Shown: in pieces, positions 21,064-31,152 of the stretch | Layout of the letters: every line of letters starts with the position of its first letter | Position numbering within the stretch: the first letter of the stretch is position 1 | IMG/VR virus record: IMGVR_UViG_3300032268_001605 | Span: 1 to 64,000 of that record | Strand: one strand, 5' to 3' | Source: a virus | DNA: 64,000 nt | Program-made: the position numbers and the translations under genes | Notes under the pieces: model-generated | The model's database searches: none | Told to the model about the DNA's origin: nothing | What the model saw: the letters and a program-made list of their open reading frames with translations, nothing else

Positions 21064-21086
21064 GTTATTTATATTTTTTGATTTTA

Positions 21087-22607
21087 TTATTCCTGCAATA
21101 GAAAGTTTATACATCTTTCTATTATTTTTTCTTTATTTTCAAATCCTTTATACCTGTACTCAGAATCCCATATTATCAAAACTTTATATCCTAATTCTTC
21201 AGCTAATTTTATCTTAATTTGATCTTTTAGCCAAATTTCTTTAGAAGTTATATTTTTTCTAAAAGGATGTGGATTATCATCTTCTTTGAATTTATCTGGA
21301 TTTGCATGGTACATATCACCGTTATATTCTATAATAAGTTTTTTATTTTCATCTACAAAATCATAAAAATAAAATCCTCCACTAGATTTAGGAATCTTGA
21401 ACTCACCACCATTCGTAGCATATTTAAAATCCCCTTTCAATCTATTTGAAATCTCGGTGAACATTTCTTGACTTATCTTTGAATAACCTATAAATATGTT
21501 ATCTTGATCTTTAAGTGAGTTTAACCACTTATCCGTTCGGTTATTAAACACCTCAATTCCTTTTTCATACCCAAATTTCTCTATACATTTTTCTTTACTG
21601 AATGTTGTCTGAGACTCTTTGACTTTTTTCTTAGAATCCTCTTCATTGTATCCTCTTTTTATCCAATAATCTAAATTAGAAGGCAGTAATCTACTTTTAG
21701 TATCTATGAATTTAGCAGCATGGCTTTGTCCTTTTGATATAATTGATTTTGCTTCTTCTTCTGTATGACCTTTAAGTGTCCAAAATTTAATATTTGATGG
21801 TGATAGACTAACTCTCTCTATTTGTTCTTCAGTATATCCTTTTTTTCTTAAAATTTCTTTATTTTTACCAGTTCTCTTACCTTTAAACTTTTTGGAATTT
21901 TCAGATTGTATTTCAAAGACTTTTTTGATCGAATCTTCTTCAGAATATCCTTTTCTCATCCAAAACTCTTTTGAAAATGCTCTTTTTACAGATTTCAGTT
22001 TGTTTTTGACTTTATTATATTCTTCTTCCGGTAAGAACGCAAACCATCTGTCATTTTTATTTCTAGTATTGTTCGAGTTACATTCATCATTAGAGCACTT
22101 TTTTATCAAATAAATAGGAGTATCTTGAATTTCAGATTTTTTTAAGATCAAATCTGATTCACAGAGTCTACAGTTTGGTTTCTCAATAGATTCAAATTTT
22201 ATTGTATTGAATAAGTATAAATTTGAATAGTCTTTATCATATTCATAGCTTTCAATTTTTGACTTCTCGTTATAGTTCAACAACTTTTCTTTAGAATTTT
22301 CGAAAATTTTTTCTGAATAATTTTTATATTCTATTTCAGAAAATCCCCTTTCGATCCAAAAGCTTAGTGAAAGTTTACTTGAAGAAGTAAAACCAAACTT
22401 AGATGGTAACCATCTTGTTAATCTTAAAAATGGAACATTAGAATCATCATTTATGAGCATCGAATAAATAGATATAATAGATGATTTTATTTTTTCATTA
22501 TCGAAATTTATGTTACTATAATCTTTTTTTAAAAAAACTATAAAATCATCTATTGTTGGAAATATATCTTTAGCAGGTATATTTTTTCTATTTATTGTTA
22601 AAGTCAT
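21087..22607 (-). CDS. Free-standing homing-endonuclease-like protein between clp fragments 2 and 3
   Basis: (F/Y)W..(K/R)GY.EE.. repeats, CxxC, C-terminal SKIS..F, YDF, IIEYNGD..H, IWLKD..K, IIWDSE (Vsr/DUF559-like). Confidence 0.8.
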   Translation of the reverse strand: MTLTINRKNIPAKDIFPTIDDFIVFLKKDYSNINFDNEKIKSSIISIYSMLINDDSNVPFLRLTRWLPSKFGFTSSSKLSLSFWIERGFSEIEYKNYSEKIFENSKEKLLNYNEKSKIESYEYDKDYSNLYLFNTIKFESIEKPNCRLCESDLILKKSEIQDTPIYLIKKCSNDECNSNNTRNKNDRWFAFLPEEEYNKVKNKLKSVKRAFSKEFWMRKGYSEEDSIKKVFEIQSENSKKFKGKRTGKNKEILRKKGYTEEQIERVSLSPSNIKFWTLKGHTEEEAKSIISKGQSHAAKFIDTKSRLLPSNLDYWIKRGYNEEDSKKKVKESQTTFSKEKCIEKFGYEKGIEVFNNRTDKWLNSLKDQDNIFIGYSKISQEMFTEISNRLKGDFKYATNGGEFKIPKSSGGFYFYDFVDENKKLIIEYNGDMYHANPDKFKEDDNPHPFRKNITSKEIWLKDQIKIKLAEELGYKVLIIWDSEYRYKGFENKEKIIERCINFLLQE

Positions 22608-22622
22608 ATCTAATCATACATT

Positions 22623-24218
22623 TTATTCGGCACCACCGGTGTCCGATAATGTATATATTAAATCTGAAATATTTACTTTTTCTACTTTTCCATTACTCTT
22701 ATTGCGAAGCGTTACAAATGAAGATTTACTTATACATTTTCCTGTTCCTGAATTTCCAATAAGCATCGCAACTAAACCAGGTTTATTCGGATCTTTCATA
22801 CCTACTCTTCCTCGCTGTATAGCCTTTACTACTTTCCTTACGGCTTCATCTTGCCCGATAACCTTTCCAGATAAGTTCTCAAACATCCTACTAAGTTTTT
22901 GATTTTCACCCTCACTAACCTTCTTTAAAGGTATACCACTCATCATAGATACAACTTCAGCTACTACTTCCTCAGAAACTACTTTCTTGTTGCCCTTTTG
23001 TTCTTCTTCCCATTTAAATCTAGCTTCATCTAAATTAGCAAGCAATTGTTTTTCAACATCTCTTAATTTTGCTGCTTCTTCATACTTTTGATTCCTTACA
23101 ACTTGAGTCTTTTTATCTTTAATTTCAAGTATTTTTTCCTCAATATCAAGAATCTCTTTCGGTACATTTACTTCAGAAATTTGTACTCTGGAACCAGATT
23201 CATCAAGAGCATCAATTGCTTTATCAGGTAAAAATCTATCTGGCAAATATCTACTTGTTAGTTTCACACATGCTTCAATTGCCTCTGGCGTATATTCTAC
23301 GTTGTGGTGAGACTCATATCTGTCTTTAATGTTAGTTAATATTTGTAAAGTATCTTCTTCGGTCGAGGGTTCAACAACTACCTTTTGGAATCTTCTCTCT
23401 AAGGCTCCATCTTTCTCAATATGTTTACGGTATTCGTCAAGTGTGGTAGCACCAATCATTTGAATTTCTCCTCTAGCCAATGCTGGTTTGATAATATTAG
23501 CAGCATCAAGAGAACCTGAAGCACCACCGGCTCCAATTATGGTATGAATCTCGTCAATGAATACAATTACATCAGGATTCTTCTCTAGTTCAGACATCAC
23601 TGCTTTGATTCTTTCTTCGAATTGACCACGATATTTAGTCCCAGCTACCATTGATGCCAAATCCAAAGAACAGATTCTTTTATTTAACAAATTTCTGGAA
23701 ACTTTTCTCTGTGTAATTTTTATAGCAAGAGATTCAGCAATACTTGATTTACCAGTATTGTGTGAGATGATATCATTTGAAATATAGGAATGTTCATCGG
23801 TTAAGACTTCTAAATCATATGTATCATCGATGTCGATAAATGATATAAATTCTACTTTAGATGACCCATCTGTTGTTTTAACCCAATCAGAATTCTTGAT
23901 ATTTTTAAGTCTTACCCACATATCACCATCTAACAACTCAATATTTTCGTTGATTTCATCGTCAGAATTCTTAGTGGTATCTATGAGAACTAAATGATCT
24001 TCTGATCCATTCAGAATTTTACCGTCGGATAATTCTAATTTGAATATTTTTTTGTTTAATTTTTTATAAACATCACCAATTTTTTGAAATCCACTAGGTG
24101 TAAGTATCTCGAATGTTCCCCCTTTCTCCTTAACATAGTTGAAAAAATCAACTATTCTTACTTTAGAAGGCTCTTGTAAATTGAACTCCAGATCTATATC
24201 AATTTTTTCTTCAATCAT
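22623..24218 (-). CDS. clpC: ClpC-type ATPase fragment 2: C-intein (154 aa), AAA1/middle domain (340 aa), N-intein (37 aa)
   Basis: GSEDH, TYDLEV, NDIISHN then TGKS, AGTKYRGQFEER, FIDEIH, GATT, ALERRFQ, PDKAID, UVR-like YEEAAKLRD, GQDEA, GNSGTGK then CISKSSFV. Confidence 0.93.
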   Translation of the reverse strand: MIEEKIDIDLEFNLQEPSKVRIVDFFNYVKEKGGTFEILTPSGFQKIGDVYKKLNKKIFKLELSDGKILNGSEDHLVLIDTTKNSDDEINENIELLDGDMWVRLKNIKNSDWVKTTDGSSKVEFISFIDIDDTYDLEVLTDEHSYISNDIISHNTGKSSIAESLAIKITQRKVSRNLLNKRICSLDLASMVAGTKYRGQFEERIKAVMSELEKNPDVIVFIDEIHTIIGAGGASGSLDAANIIKPALARGEIQMIGATTLDEYRKHIEKDGALERRFQKVVVEPSTEEDTLQILTNIKDRYESHHNVEYTPEAIEACVKLTSRYLPDRFLPDKAIDALDESGSRVQISEVNVPKEILDIEEKILEIKDKKTQVVRNQKYEEAAKLRDVEKQLLANLDEARFKWEEEQKGNKKVVSEEVVAEVVSMMSGIPLKKVSEGENQKLSRMFENLSGKVIGQDEAVRKVVKAIQRGRVGMKDPNKPGLVAMLIGNSGTGKCISKSSFVTLRNKSNGKVEKVNISDLIYTLSDTGGAE

Positions 24219-24325
24219 ATATCTATTTTTTAATGTTTTTAATTATATACTTTTCCACAATAAAGTTGGAAAAAAAGAACTATATTTGGTTCCAGAAATA
24301 TAATATATATAAATAAAAGTATTAC

Positions 24326-26179
24326 ATGCCATCAAAGTTAACAAATGGGGAATTTATAGAAAAAGTTAAATTAAAACACGGTGATAAATGGGATTACTCA
24401 AAAGTAGACTATACTGGATCTAAAAATAAAGTTATAATTATTTGTAAAGAACATGGTGAGTTTACACAAACAGCATCAGATCATCTAGCTGGTTGTGGTT
24501 GTCCAAATTGCGATCCAACTAAAAGACTGACTGCAGACGAATTCATAAAAAAATCAGTAGTCATGCACGGTGATAGGTGGGACTATTCAAGAGTTAAATA
24601 TGGTAAAAATAACTACGATTTAGTAGAAATTCTTTGTAAAGAACACGGAATATTTCAGCAAAGGCCTTGGGCACATTTAAGGGGTCAAGGTTGTCCAAAA
24701 TGTGTTAATAATACAATAATGACAACACGTGAATTTATTGAAAGGTGTATAGAAAAACATGGCGATAGGTGGGATTATTCAATAACAGAATATATTGGTA
24801 GAAGAAGGGAGGTATCTATTATATGTAAAAATCACGGTATATTCAAACAAGAAGCTCGAGTTCATTTGGAGGGATTTGGTTGTAAAATGTGTAATAATTC
24901 GAGAATGGAACACTATCTATCGGTCAAATTGAGGGATATGAATGAGCCGTTCGAAACAAATAAAAAATTCAAAGATTGTAAAAATAAAAATCCATTACCA
25001 TTCGATTTTTATTTACCTCTTAGAAATATGTTAATTGAGTGTGACGGTATACAACACCGAGAGTCAATAGAATATTTCGGTGGGCAGGAGAGATTAGAAT
25101 ATCAAAAAAATAATGATAAAATCAAAAACAAATGGTCAGAAGAAAGGGGAATACAATTAATAAGACTTGATAACAATTTAGAAATAGATAATTTTATCAA
25201 ATCTTTACAAACAAAAAAATTAGTATTTGATAAATCTGTTTTGAAGGATTTGAAAGAAAATAGAACAAACCCAAAAAAGAAAGCAGATGGATATTTGAGA
25301 GAAACTGACTTTAACTGGTTGAATAGTGGAGCGATTCATAAAGAAATCGACATGTATATTAGTGGACTTAGAGTAAATTTTTCTACCAACTTTACTTTCA
25401 AATCAGAAAATATCAATTGGATAGTAAACAATAATTATATAATTCTAATTGACAATTTTAAAGATTCTGAGATAAATAGAAACAAAAATTGGTTAGTTAT
25501 TTTAAAGAATGAATTGGAAAGTTTAAATAAAAATTTAATTGTAATTTATCCCGAAGATTGGATTTTAAATAAAGAAATAACCAAAAGTAGACTGAGAAAT
25601 ATACTTAATTTGAACCAAATTAAAATTGGAGCAAGAGAATGTCAAATAATAATACCCCAGAATAAATCAGTTTCTAAATTTTTAATTGATAATCATATTC
25701 AAGGGCACGTTAATGGAAGTATAAAAATTGCATTGACATATAATGATGAAATAGTTAGCCTAATGACGTTCGGTAAACTTAGAAGAAATTTAGGAAATAC
25801 ATCTAAATTAGATTCCTATGAACTACTAAGATTTTGCAATAAGAAAAACTACTCTGTTATTGGGTCAGCAAGTAAATTAATGAGTTTCTTTAAGAAACAA
25901 TATTCCCCAAAATACATACTTTCGTATGCTGATAGATGTTGGACAAGTATTAATAAAAATATTTATAAAGAATTAGGTATGGATTTGGTTAGTAAAACAC
26001 CTCCATCTTATTCTTATCTAGTCGGAGAAAAAAAATATGATAGATTCAGATACAGAAAAGATAAATTGATAGAATTTGGATATGACAAAGATAAATGGAC
26101 AGAAAGAAGTATATGTTCTTCTAATTTAGTATTTAAAATATTCGATGCTGGTTGCTTAAAATATGAAATGAATTTGTAA
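24326..26179 (+). CDS. Free-standing homing-endonuclease-like protein (Zn-finger repeats, two nuclease-like domains, GNAT-like tail), antisense to clp
   Basis: Three C..HG.F.Q....HL.G.GC..C repeats, LPFDFYLP, IECDG.QH, NHIQG, MTFG, YELLRFC, SYAD. Confidence 0.8.
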   Translation: MPSKLTNGEFIEKVKLKHGDKWDYSKVDYTGSKNKVIIICKEHGEFTQTASDHLAGCGCPNCDPTKRLTADEFIKKSVVMHGDRWDYSRVKYGKNNYDLVEILCKEHGIFQQRPWAHLRGQGCPKCVNNTIMTTREFIERCIEKHGDRWDYSITEYIGRRREVSIICKNHGIFKQEARVHLEGFGCKMCNNSRMEHYLSVKLRDMNEPFETNKKFKDCKNKNPLPFDFYLPLRNMLIECDGIQHRESIEYFGGQERLEYQKNNDKIKNKWSEERGIQLIRLDNNLEIDNFIKSLQTKKLVFDKSVLKDLKENRTNPKKKADGYLRETDFNWLNSGAIHKEIDMYISGLRVNFSTNFTFKSENINWIVNNNYIILIDNFKDSEINRNKNWLVILKNELESLNKNLIVIYPEDWILNKEITKSRLRNILNLNQIKIGARECQIIIPQNKSVSKFLIDNHIQGHVNGSIKIALTYNDEIVSLMTFGKLRRNLGNTSKLDSYELLRFCNKKNYSVIGSASKLMSFFKKQYSPKYILSYADRCWTSINKNIYKELGMDLVSKTPPSYSYLVGEKKYDRFRYRKDKLIEFGYDKDKWTERSICSSNLVFKIFDAGCLKYEMNL

Positions 26180-26217
26180 AAAAAAAGAGGTGTAGATTAA
26201 TCTACATCTCTTTTTTT
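26180..26217. terminator. Bidirectional terminator between convergent endonuclease genes
   Basis: A-run agaggtgtaga-ttaa-tctacatctct T-run. Confidence 0.75.
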
Positions 26218-28038
26218 ATACATAAATTTAATCGATCCACAATCATATATTCTACATATACCCAACTTATTACATATTTCATATTCACTTAGACTTTTAT
26301 CAAATCCCATTTTTAAAAAAACATCTTTCCTATATAAAAATCTATTTTTTCTATATGCACCAATGATATGATAATAGGATGGTTTTGAATCATCAAAATA
26401 ATTCATCCCAATTTTACTATACATACTATCTTGATTCGACCACATTTTATCAGCATATGATATAACTCTATTTGGATTATAAATATCTAAAAAATATTTA
26501 AAAAGCCTAGATGCTGCACCAACAACAACATAATTCAACTTGTTACAGAACCTTAATAATTCATAAGAATTCTTTTCAGATTTTTGACCTAAATTTTTTC
26601 TAAGTTTTCCGAATGTCATTAGACTAATAAGTTCATTATTATAATATAGACCTAATTTTATGGAAGATCCCAAATTTCCTTGTATGTGATTTTTTATTAA
26701 AAATTGACTGACTATCTTAGTATCTCTTATTTCTCTAATTTCACATTTTCTAGCATAAACTTTTTTAGACAAATACAACATTGATAATATCCTCGACTCA
26801 ACTATTTCTCTTTTATATATCCATTGATCCTCAAATACTTGAATTAATTTAAATCCATTTAATTTAAATTTATTATTCATATTTAAATGATGGTTTTTAT
26901 CAACATTTATATTTGATCCACTAAAAATACCTATGAAATTTATTCCCAATTTAATATCTGGTAAAAATATATCATATCTATATTCCTCAATCTCAAAATC
27001 GATTATTATATTATTTTTATAAATATTTTTTATAAAAATAATAAAGTTATCTTTTGCATCTAAATATGACTTTATATTAAACTCACTCTTTTGAATATTA
27101 TTTATAGTCTGATCGTATTTAACTTTTTCCAAAAAAGTATAAAATTTTTTTATACTTTTTTCATAATCATCAAATTTTATTCTAAACAAATTTACTCCAT
27201 TTTTTTCACACCAAGTATTTTTGATAAAATCATTTCTCACTACTTTATCAAAATATTCATCACCCCCGAATTTATCAACTATTTCATAATGATGCCTACC
27301 ATCATATTCTAAACATATATTATATTTAGGTAAATAAAAATCAAATGGTAGTTTTCTACCACCATCACCAACACAATTTTCAAATTTATACTCTCTTATA
27401 AATTTTATATTTAATGAAGTTAAACATTTAGCTATCATCATTTCACCCTTGCTAAAATTACATAAATTACATCCATGTCCATTTAAATGATCTTTAGGGG
27501 ATTGAAAAAAAGACCCATGTTTACTACAAATTATTTCTACTTTAGTTCGATTATTTTTATAATCAACATTTGAATAACCATACATATTATTATGTATTTT
27601 ATTCGATTCATTAATGAATTCAATATTATTTTTTCTTTTTACTCCAGCACAAGATGAGCAAGATTGTCCTAATAAATGATTCGATGGCAAGATATTAAAT
27701 GGTCCATGATATTTACATATCACCTCAATTTTTTTTGATGAATTAATATAATTAACTTTACTATAATCAAACTTATTACCATGCTTTTCTATAGCAAGAT
27801 TAATGAAAATCTCATTATTATATTTTACACCACCATTACAAGAAGGACATCCAACTTTTCTAACATGTGCATCAGGTCTAACAAAAAAAGAACCGTGTTC
27901 TTTACAAATTATTTTAACTTTTTCAATTGAATTTATATATTCAACTTCCGAATAATCATATTTATATCCATGTCTTTTTAAAGCCTTGTATATAAATTTT
28001 TCTCTTAAAGAATCTTTATTTTTAACCGGATTTCTCAT
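26197..28038 (-). CDS. Free-standing homing-endonuclease-like protein, same architecture as 24326..26179
   Basis: Three C..HG.F Zn repeats, LPFDFYLP, LEYDG.HH, FEDQW, ARKC, NHIQG, YELLRFC, ISYAD, YDCG. Confidence 0.8.
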   Translation of the reverse strand: MRNPVKNKDSLREKFIYKALKRHGYKYDYSEVEYINSIEKVKIICKEHGSFFVRPDAHVRKVGCPSCNGGVKYNNEIFINLAIEKHGNKFDYSKVNYINSSKKIEVICKYHGPFNILPSNHLLGQSCSSCAGVKRKNNIEFINESNKIHNNMYGYSNVDYKNNRTKVEIICSKHGSFFQSPKDHLNGHGCNLCNFSKGEMMIAKCLTSLNIKFIREYKFENCVGDGGRKLPFDFYLPKYNICLEYDGRHHYEIVDKFGGDEYFDKVVRNDFIKNTWCEKNGVNLFRIKFDDYEKSIKKFYTFLEKVKYDQTINNIQKSEFNIKSYLDAKDNFIIFIKNIYKNNIIIDFEIEEYRYDIFLPDIKLGINFIGIFSGSNINVDKNHHLNMNNKFKLNGFKLIQVFEDQWIYKREIVESRILSMLYLSKKVYARKCEIREIRDTKIVSQFLIKNHIQGNLGSSIKLGLYYNNELISLMTFGKLRKNLGQKSEKNSYELLRFCNKLNYVVVGAASRLFKYFLDIYNPNRVISYADKMWSNQDSMYSKIGMNYFDDSKPSYYHIIGAYRKNRFLYRKDVFLKMGFDKSLSEYEICNKLGICRIYDCGSIKFMYKKRDVD

Positions 28039-28052
28039 ATAATCTATATATT

Positions 28053-28093
28053 AAAAAAAATAACCCTATTTTTAATATAGGGTTATTTTTTTT
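28053..28093 (-). terminator. Intrinsic terminator directly after clp fragment 1
   Basis: aaaaaaaataaccctat / atagggttatttttttt inverted repeat. Confidence 0.8.
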
Positions 28094-28446
28094 CAAGTTG
28101 TTATTATTTTATGTGATTCTAAATTTGATGTTTTCCTAACCTCTATAAGAGTTTCAGGGGTTACACAACCTGGTTCGCCAATCAGAATCGGATTATTCTT
28201 CTTTTTTCTAGCTAGAATTTGTGAAACTCTAAGTATTTCTTTGTCTCTACCAACTACTGGATCCAGTTTGCCTTCTTCAGCAAGTTTAGTTAAATCTCGA
28301 CTAAAGGAGTCTAATACAGGCGTTTTTGATTTCGGATCGGGGTTCTTCCTACTACCTTTATATTTCTCAGAGTCTTGGTCATCATCCTCGAAAGCCATCT
28401 TTACATCGATAAGTTCTTTACCTAATAATTCTTTTGATGTATCCAT
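28093..28446 (-). CDS. clpC: ClpC-type ATPase fragment 1: N-extein (93 aa, no Clp-N domain) plus N-intein (24 aa)
   Basis: [33 protein letters not shown] then [11 protein letters not shown] and stop. Confidence 0.92.
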   Translation of the reverse strand: MDTSKELLGKELIDVKMAFEDDDQDSEKYKGSRKNPDPKSKTPVLDSFSRDLTKLAEEGKLDPVVGRDKEILRVSQILARKKKNNPILIGEPGCVTPETLIEVRKTSNLESHKIITT

Positions 28447-28536
28447 TTTAAATATTTTTGTGTTTTAGATTATATAAATTTTTGGGGAGATTGTTTTCAA
28501 AAAAAGAGAGTTGATGTGAATCAACTCCCATTTCAA

Positions 28537-28812
28537 TTAGTTGTTTACCTTTTGATTCAAAGTTGCCCCAGGCTTGAATTTTGCAACTGTTTTTGAAGGA
28601 ACTCTAACTTCATCCCCAGTCTTAGGGTTTCTTGCGATTCTTTCTGCTCTTTTTGATGTTTCCCAACTACCAAAACCAACCAAGCTCACTTTTTCACCCT
28701 TAGCCAGAGTTGACTCAATTACCGAAATAATCGCATCAATTGTTTCGGTTGATTTCGTTTTAGTAAGACCAGTGATAGTAGCTACTTCACTGACTAAATC
28801 TGATTTATTCAT
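28537..28812 (-). CDS. hup: HU family DNA-binding protein
   Basis: MNKSDL, L.GFG, R..RNPKTG, FKPG. Confidence 0.95.
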   Translation of the reverse strand: MNKSDLVSEVATITGLTKTKSTETIDAIISVIESTLAKGEKVSLVGFGSWETSKRAERIARNPKTGDEVRVPSKTVAKFKPGATLNQKVNN

Positions 28813-28967
28813 TTTTTAAATTTAAATTTTTATTTTTGAAAATTTTACACTTTCATATTAAGTATTATATTCTTTATAATATAAAGAGTTTATGAAAGTT
28901 TAGTAAAATTTAAAATTTTTTATTTTAAAATCTCTTACTTCACAGTTTTCGCACCGAAGAAAAATAT

Positions 28968-29297
28968 CTATTCATCAGAATCTATTAATAATTTTCCAAG
29001 TAAAATATCTCTGTAATGTGATTTATCAGCTTTTGTAATAGTAGAATCTAAAAATTTAACTTCAAAAAAATTTTCAAACCTAGCAACATTTTTATATATC
29101 TTGAATCCTTTGTAATTAACAAGGTCTAGACACTCTTTGTCAACTACATAAAATTCTAGTTCCTTGTTCATCTTGGTGAAAACGATATGTTGAAGACGTT
29201 CAAAAAAACTTAGATGCCCTTTTTCGAACAAGAAGGAAGTTCCATGTTTAGAAAAATATTCTATTTGTTTATCATTTATGTAAATATGTTTATTCAT
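28968..29297 (-). CDS. Hypothetical protein with C-terminal RDxxLxxLL tag
   Basis: 109-aa ORF ending HYRDILLGKLL. Confidence 0.6.
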   Translation of the reverse strand: MNKHIYINDKQIEYFSKHGTSFLFEKGHLSFFERLQHIVFTKMNKELEFYVVDKECLDLVNYKGFKIYKNVARFENFFEVKFLDSTITKADKSHYRDILLGKLLIDSDE

Positions 29298-29420
29298 TTT
29301 TCTTTTCTTCGTTTAAAAAATAAAAAATAATACAAAGTAAAAACCAAAACCAGTAAAGATTATCGAACTGATAAAATAAGTCTACTAAAAAAAGTATTAA
29401 AAAATAAAATGATATAGCTT

Positions 29421-29888
29421 TCACAAGTTCTGATAAGTAATGTATTTGTATTCAAATTCACCATTTGAATTGATTTCCACATTTGATTCAATCCAATCAC
29501 TTCCCAACTCAGGAAAAAAAGTATCTCCCTCAAAATCTTTATCGATTAGTGTTAATTCAATCTTTTTAGCATGTGGCAAAAACATATTATACATCTCACC
29601 ACCACCAATTACAAACAAATTACTTTGTTGATATATTTCTAACATATCATATATGTTATTATAAATTAAACAATTATCTGCCTTAAAATCTCTGTTCTTG
29701 GTTAATATAATATTCAATCTTCCTGGAAGTGCCTTACCTATTGATTCATAAGTCTTTCTACCCATTACTATTGGATTTCCAGTAGTCAACGATTTAAACC
29801 TTTTCAAGTCTTCTGGTAAGTACCACAATAATTTCCCATCACCACCGATGACTCTATTTTTACTACAAGCTGCTATTAGTGTTATCAT
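29421..29888 (-). CDS. folA: Dihydrofolate reductase
   Basis: LIAA, VIG, W.LPEDL..FK, MGRKTYESI, LPGR.N, IGGG, GDTFFP. Confidence 0.96.
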   Translation of the reverse strand: MITLIAACSKNRVIGGDGKLLWYLPEDLKRFKSLTTGNPIVMGRKTYESIGKALPGRLNIILTKNRDFKADNCLIYNNIYDMLEIYQQSNLFVIGGGEMYNMFLPHAKKIELTLIDKDFEGDTFFPELGSDWIESNVEINSNGEFEYKYITYQNL

Positions 29889-30582
29889 TATCTAAAATTT
29901 CATCTATTATATTGTCTCTTTTTACATGTGAGAACATCTCTGCCGGATCATAACCCCATAAAATACAAGCCTCTACTTCATCAATTTCCCAATCATATAT
30001 CACCTGTCCACCCTTTAAGTGGTATTCACCACAGTTATCACCAATGCACTCATCAGCGAACCTAACCTTCAAAGTCAAATCTGGGAATATTTCTGACAAT
30101 CTTTTGATTACTGGAAGGGGTGTAGACCAAGCAGTTTGGAAGAAAATCTCACCATCTTCTATGTAAGATCCTGAAGCACCCCATTTTGTACCCCAATTAT
30201 CAATTGCCCAATTGTACCAGTTTTTATAACCATAGTTTATTTTATTCTGATAACATATCATACCAACTTCTAAAATTTTATCATAATCTTCTTTTTTAGA
30301 AAAGTAATCGATTAAACCTTCAATGGTATGAATACCTAAGTTTACAGGCCAGTTTCTTGAAAGTATTTCATCAAGATATTTACTATCACCAGTTTCTTGG
30401 TATAAAACAATAGCAAATCCTATATCAGAATCTGTAGAGGCATCTATTCTGAGAGAAGGTGGCATAGGTACTATCTTTTCAAAATCTATGACTTTTCCAC
30501 CATCTGAAATATGTGAGTATAATTTCTCTACTTCTTGAGTATTGCCTTCAATACTTAATTTATTTATAACCCAATTTGGCAT
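29863..30582 (-). CDS. YubB/DUF1281-like ferredoxin-fold protein
   Basis: MPNW..N, DFEKIVPMP, WYNW...NWGTKW, FQTAW..P. Confidence 0.8.
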   Translation of the reverse strand: MPNWVINKLSIEGNTQEVEKLYSHISDGGKVIDFEKIVPMPPSLRIDASTDSDIGFAIVLYQETGDSKYLDEILSRNWPVNLGIHTIEGLIDYFSKKEDYDKILEVGMICYQNKINYGYKNWYNWAIDNWGTKWGASGSYIEDGEIFFQTAWSTPLPVIKRLSEIFPDLTLKVRFADECIGDNCGEYHLKGGQVIYDWEIDEVEACILWGYDPAEMFSHVKRDNIIDEILDNDNTNSSL

Positions 30583-30585
30583 ATT

Positions 30586-31143
30586 TTAATATTTATAATT
30601 TATTACCCCATCAAAATTTTCAGAATCATCTATTGCCTCGTATCCATTAATCATTTCCTCAATTACAGAGCCAGGTATAGATTTACCCTCATCAACAAAC
30701 CTAACACTATTTCTACTTTGGTATTCTTCTAAAGACAGTATAGGGAAAATGATTGCCATTTTTTTAAATTCATTCGAAAAATATGAACTAAACAAATTTC
30801 TACCCTTTCTTCGTAGATTAGTCAAATTTATAATAACACTATTACCAGAATTTGCCAAATCAATCAATTTATCTTTCAACATTCGATTAACCAACTTTTG
30901 ATTAACAGATTTGAATGCGTCATTATAATTCATACCTGGACATAACTCTAAAACAATATCATCACGAGAAACAACTACTACATTTGATAATTGTAAATTT
31001 CTTATCAAGGTATCTTTACCAGAAAGAGGTGGTCCAACCAAGAAAATCACAAAAGGTTGATTAAGTGAGTAAATATAAGTTTTTAAATTCTGTAAATTCA
31101 TATTATGAAATTTTATAAAATAAAGATAAATAAAATTTACCAA
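30586..31143 (-). CDS. P-loop kinase (AAA_33/polynucleotide kinase-like)
   Basis: LVGPPLSGKDT, SRD, TNL...R, RN..R; start probably the ATG at 31102. Confidence 0.8.
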   Translation of the reverse strand: MVNFIYLYFIKFHNMNLQNLKTYIYSLNQPFVIFLVGPPLSGKDTLIRNLQLSNVVVVSRDDIVLELCPGMNYNDAFKSVNQKLVNRMLKDKLIDLANSGNSVIINLTNLRRKGRNLFSSYFSNEFKKMAIIFPILSLEEYQSRNSVRFVDEGKSIPGSVIEEMINGYEAIDDSENFDGVINYKY

Positions 31144-31152
31144 ATTTCAAAA

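Noticed and set aside
21087-28038. Group I introns carrying the endonucleases within clp
   Set aside because: Spacers around the nuclease ORFs are too short for a ribozyme core, one ORF is antisense, and terminators and separate promoter motifs intervene
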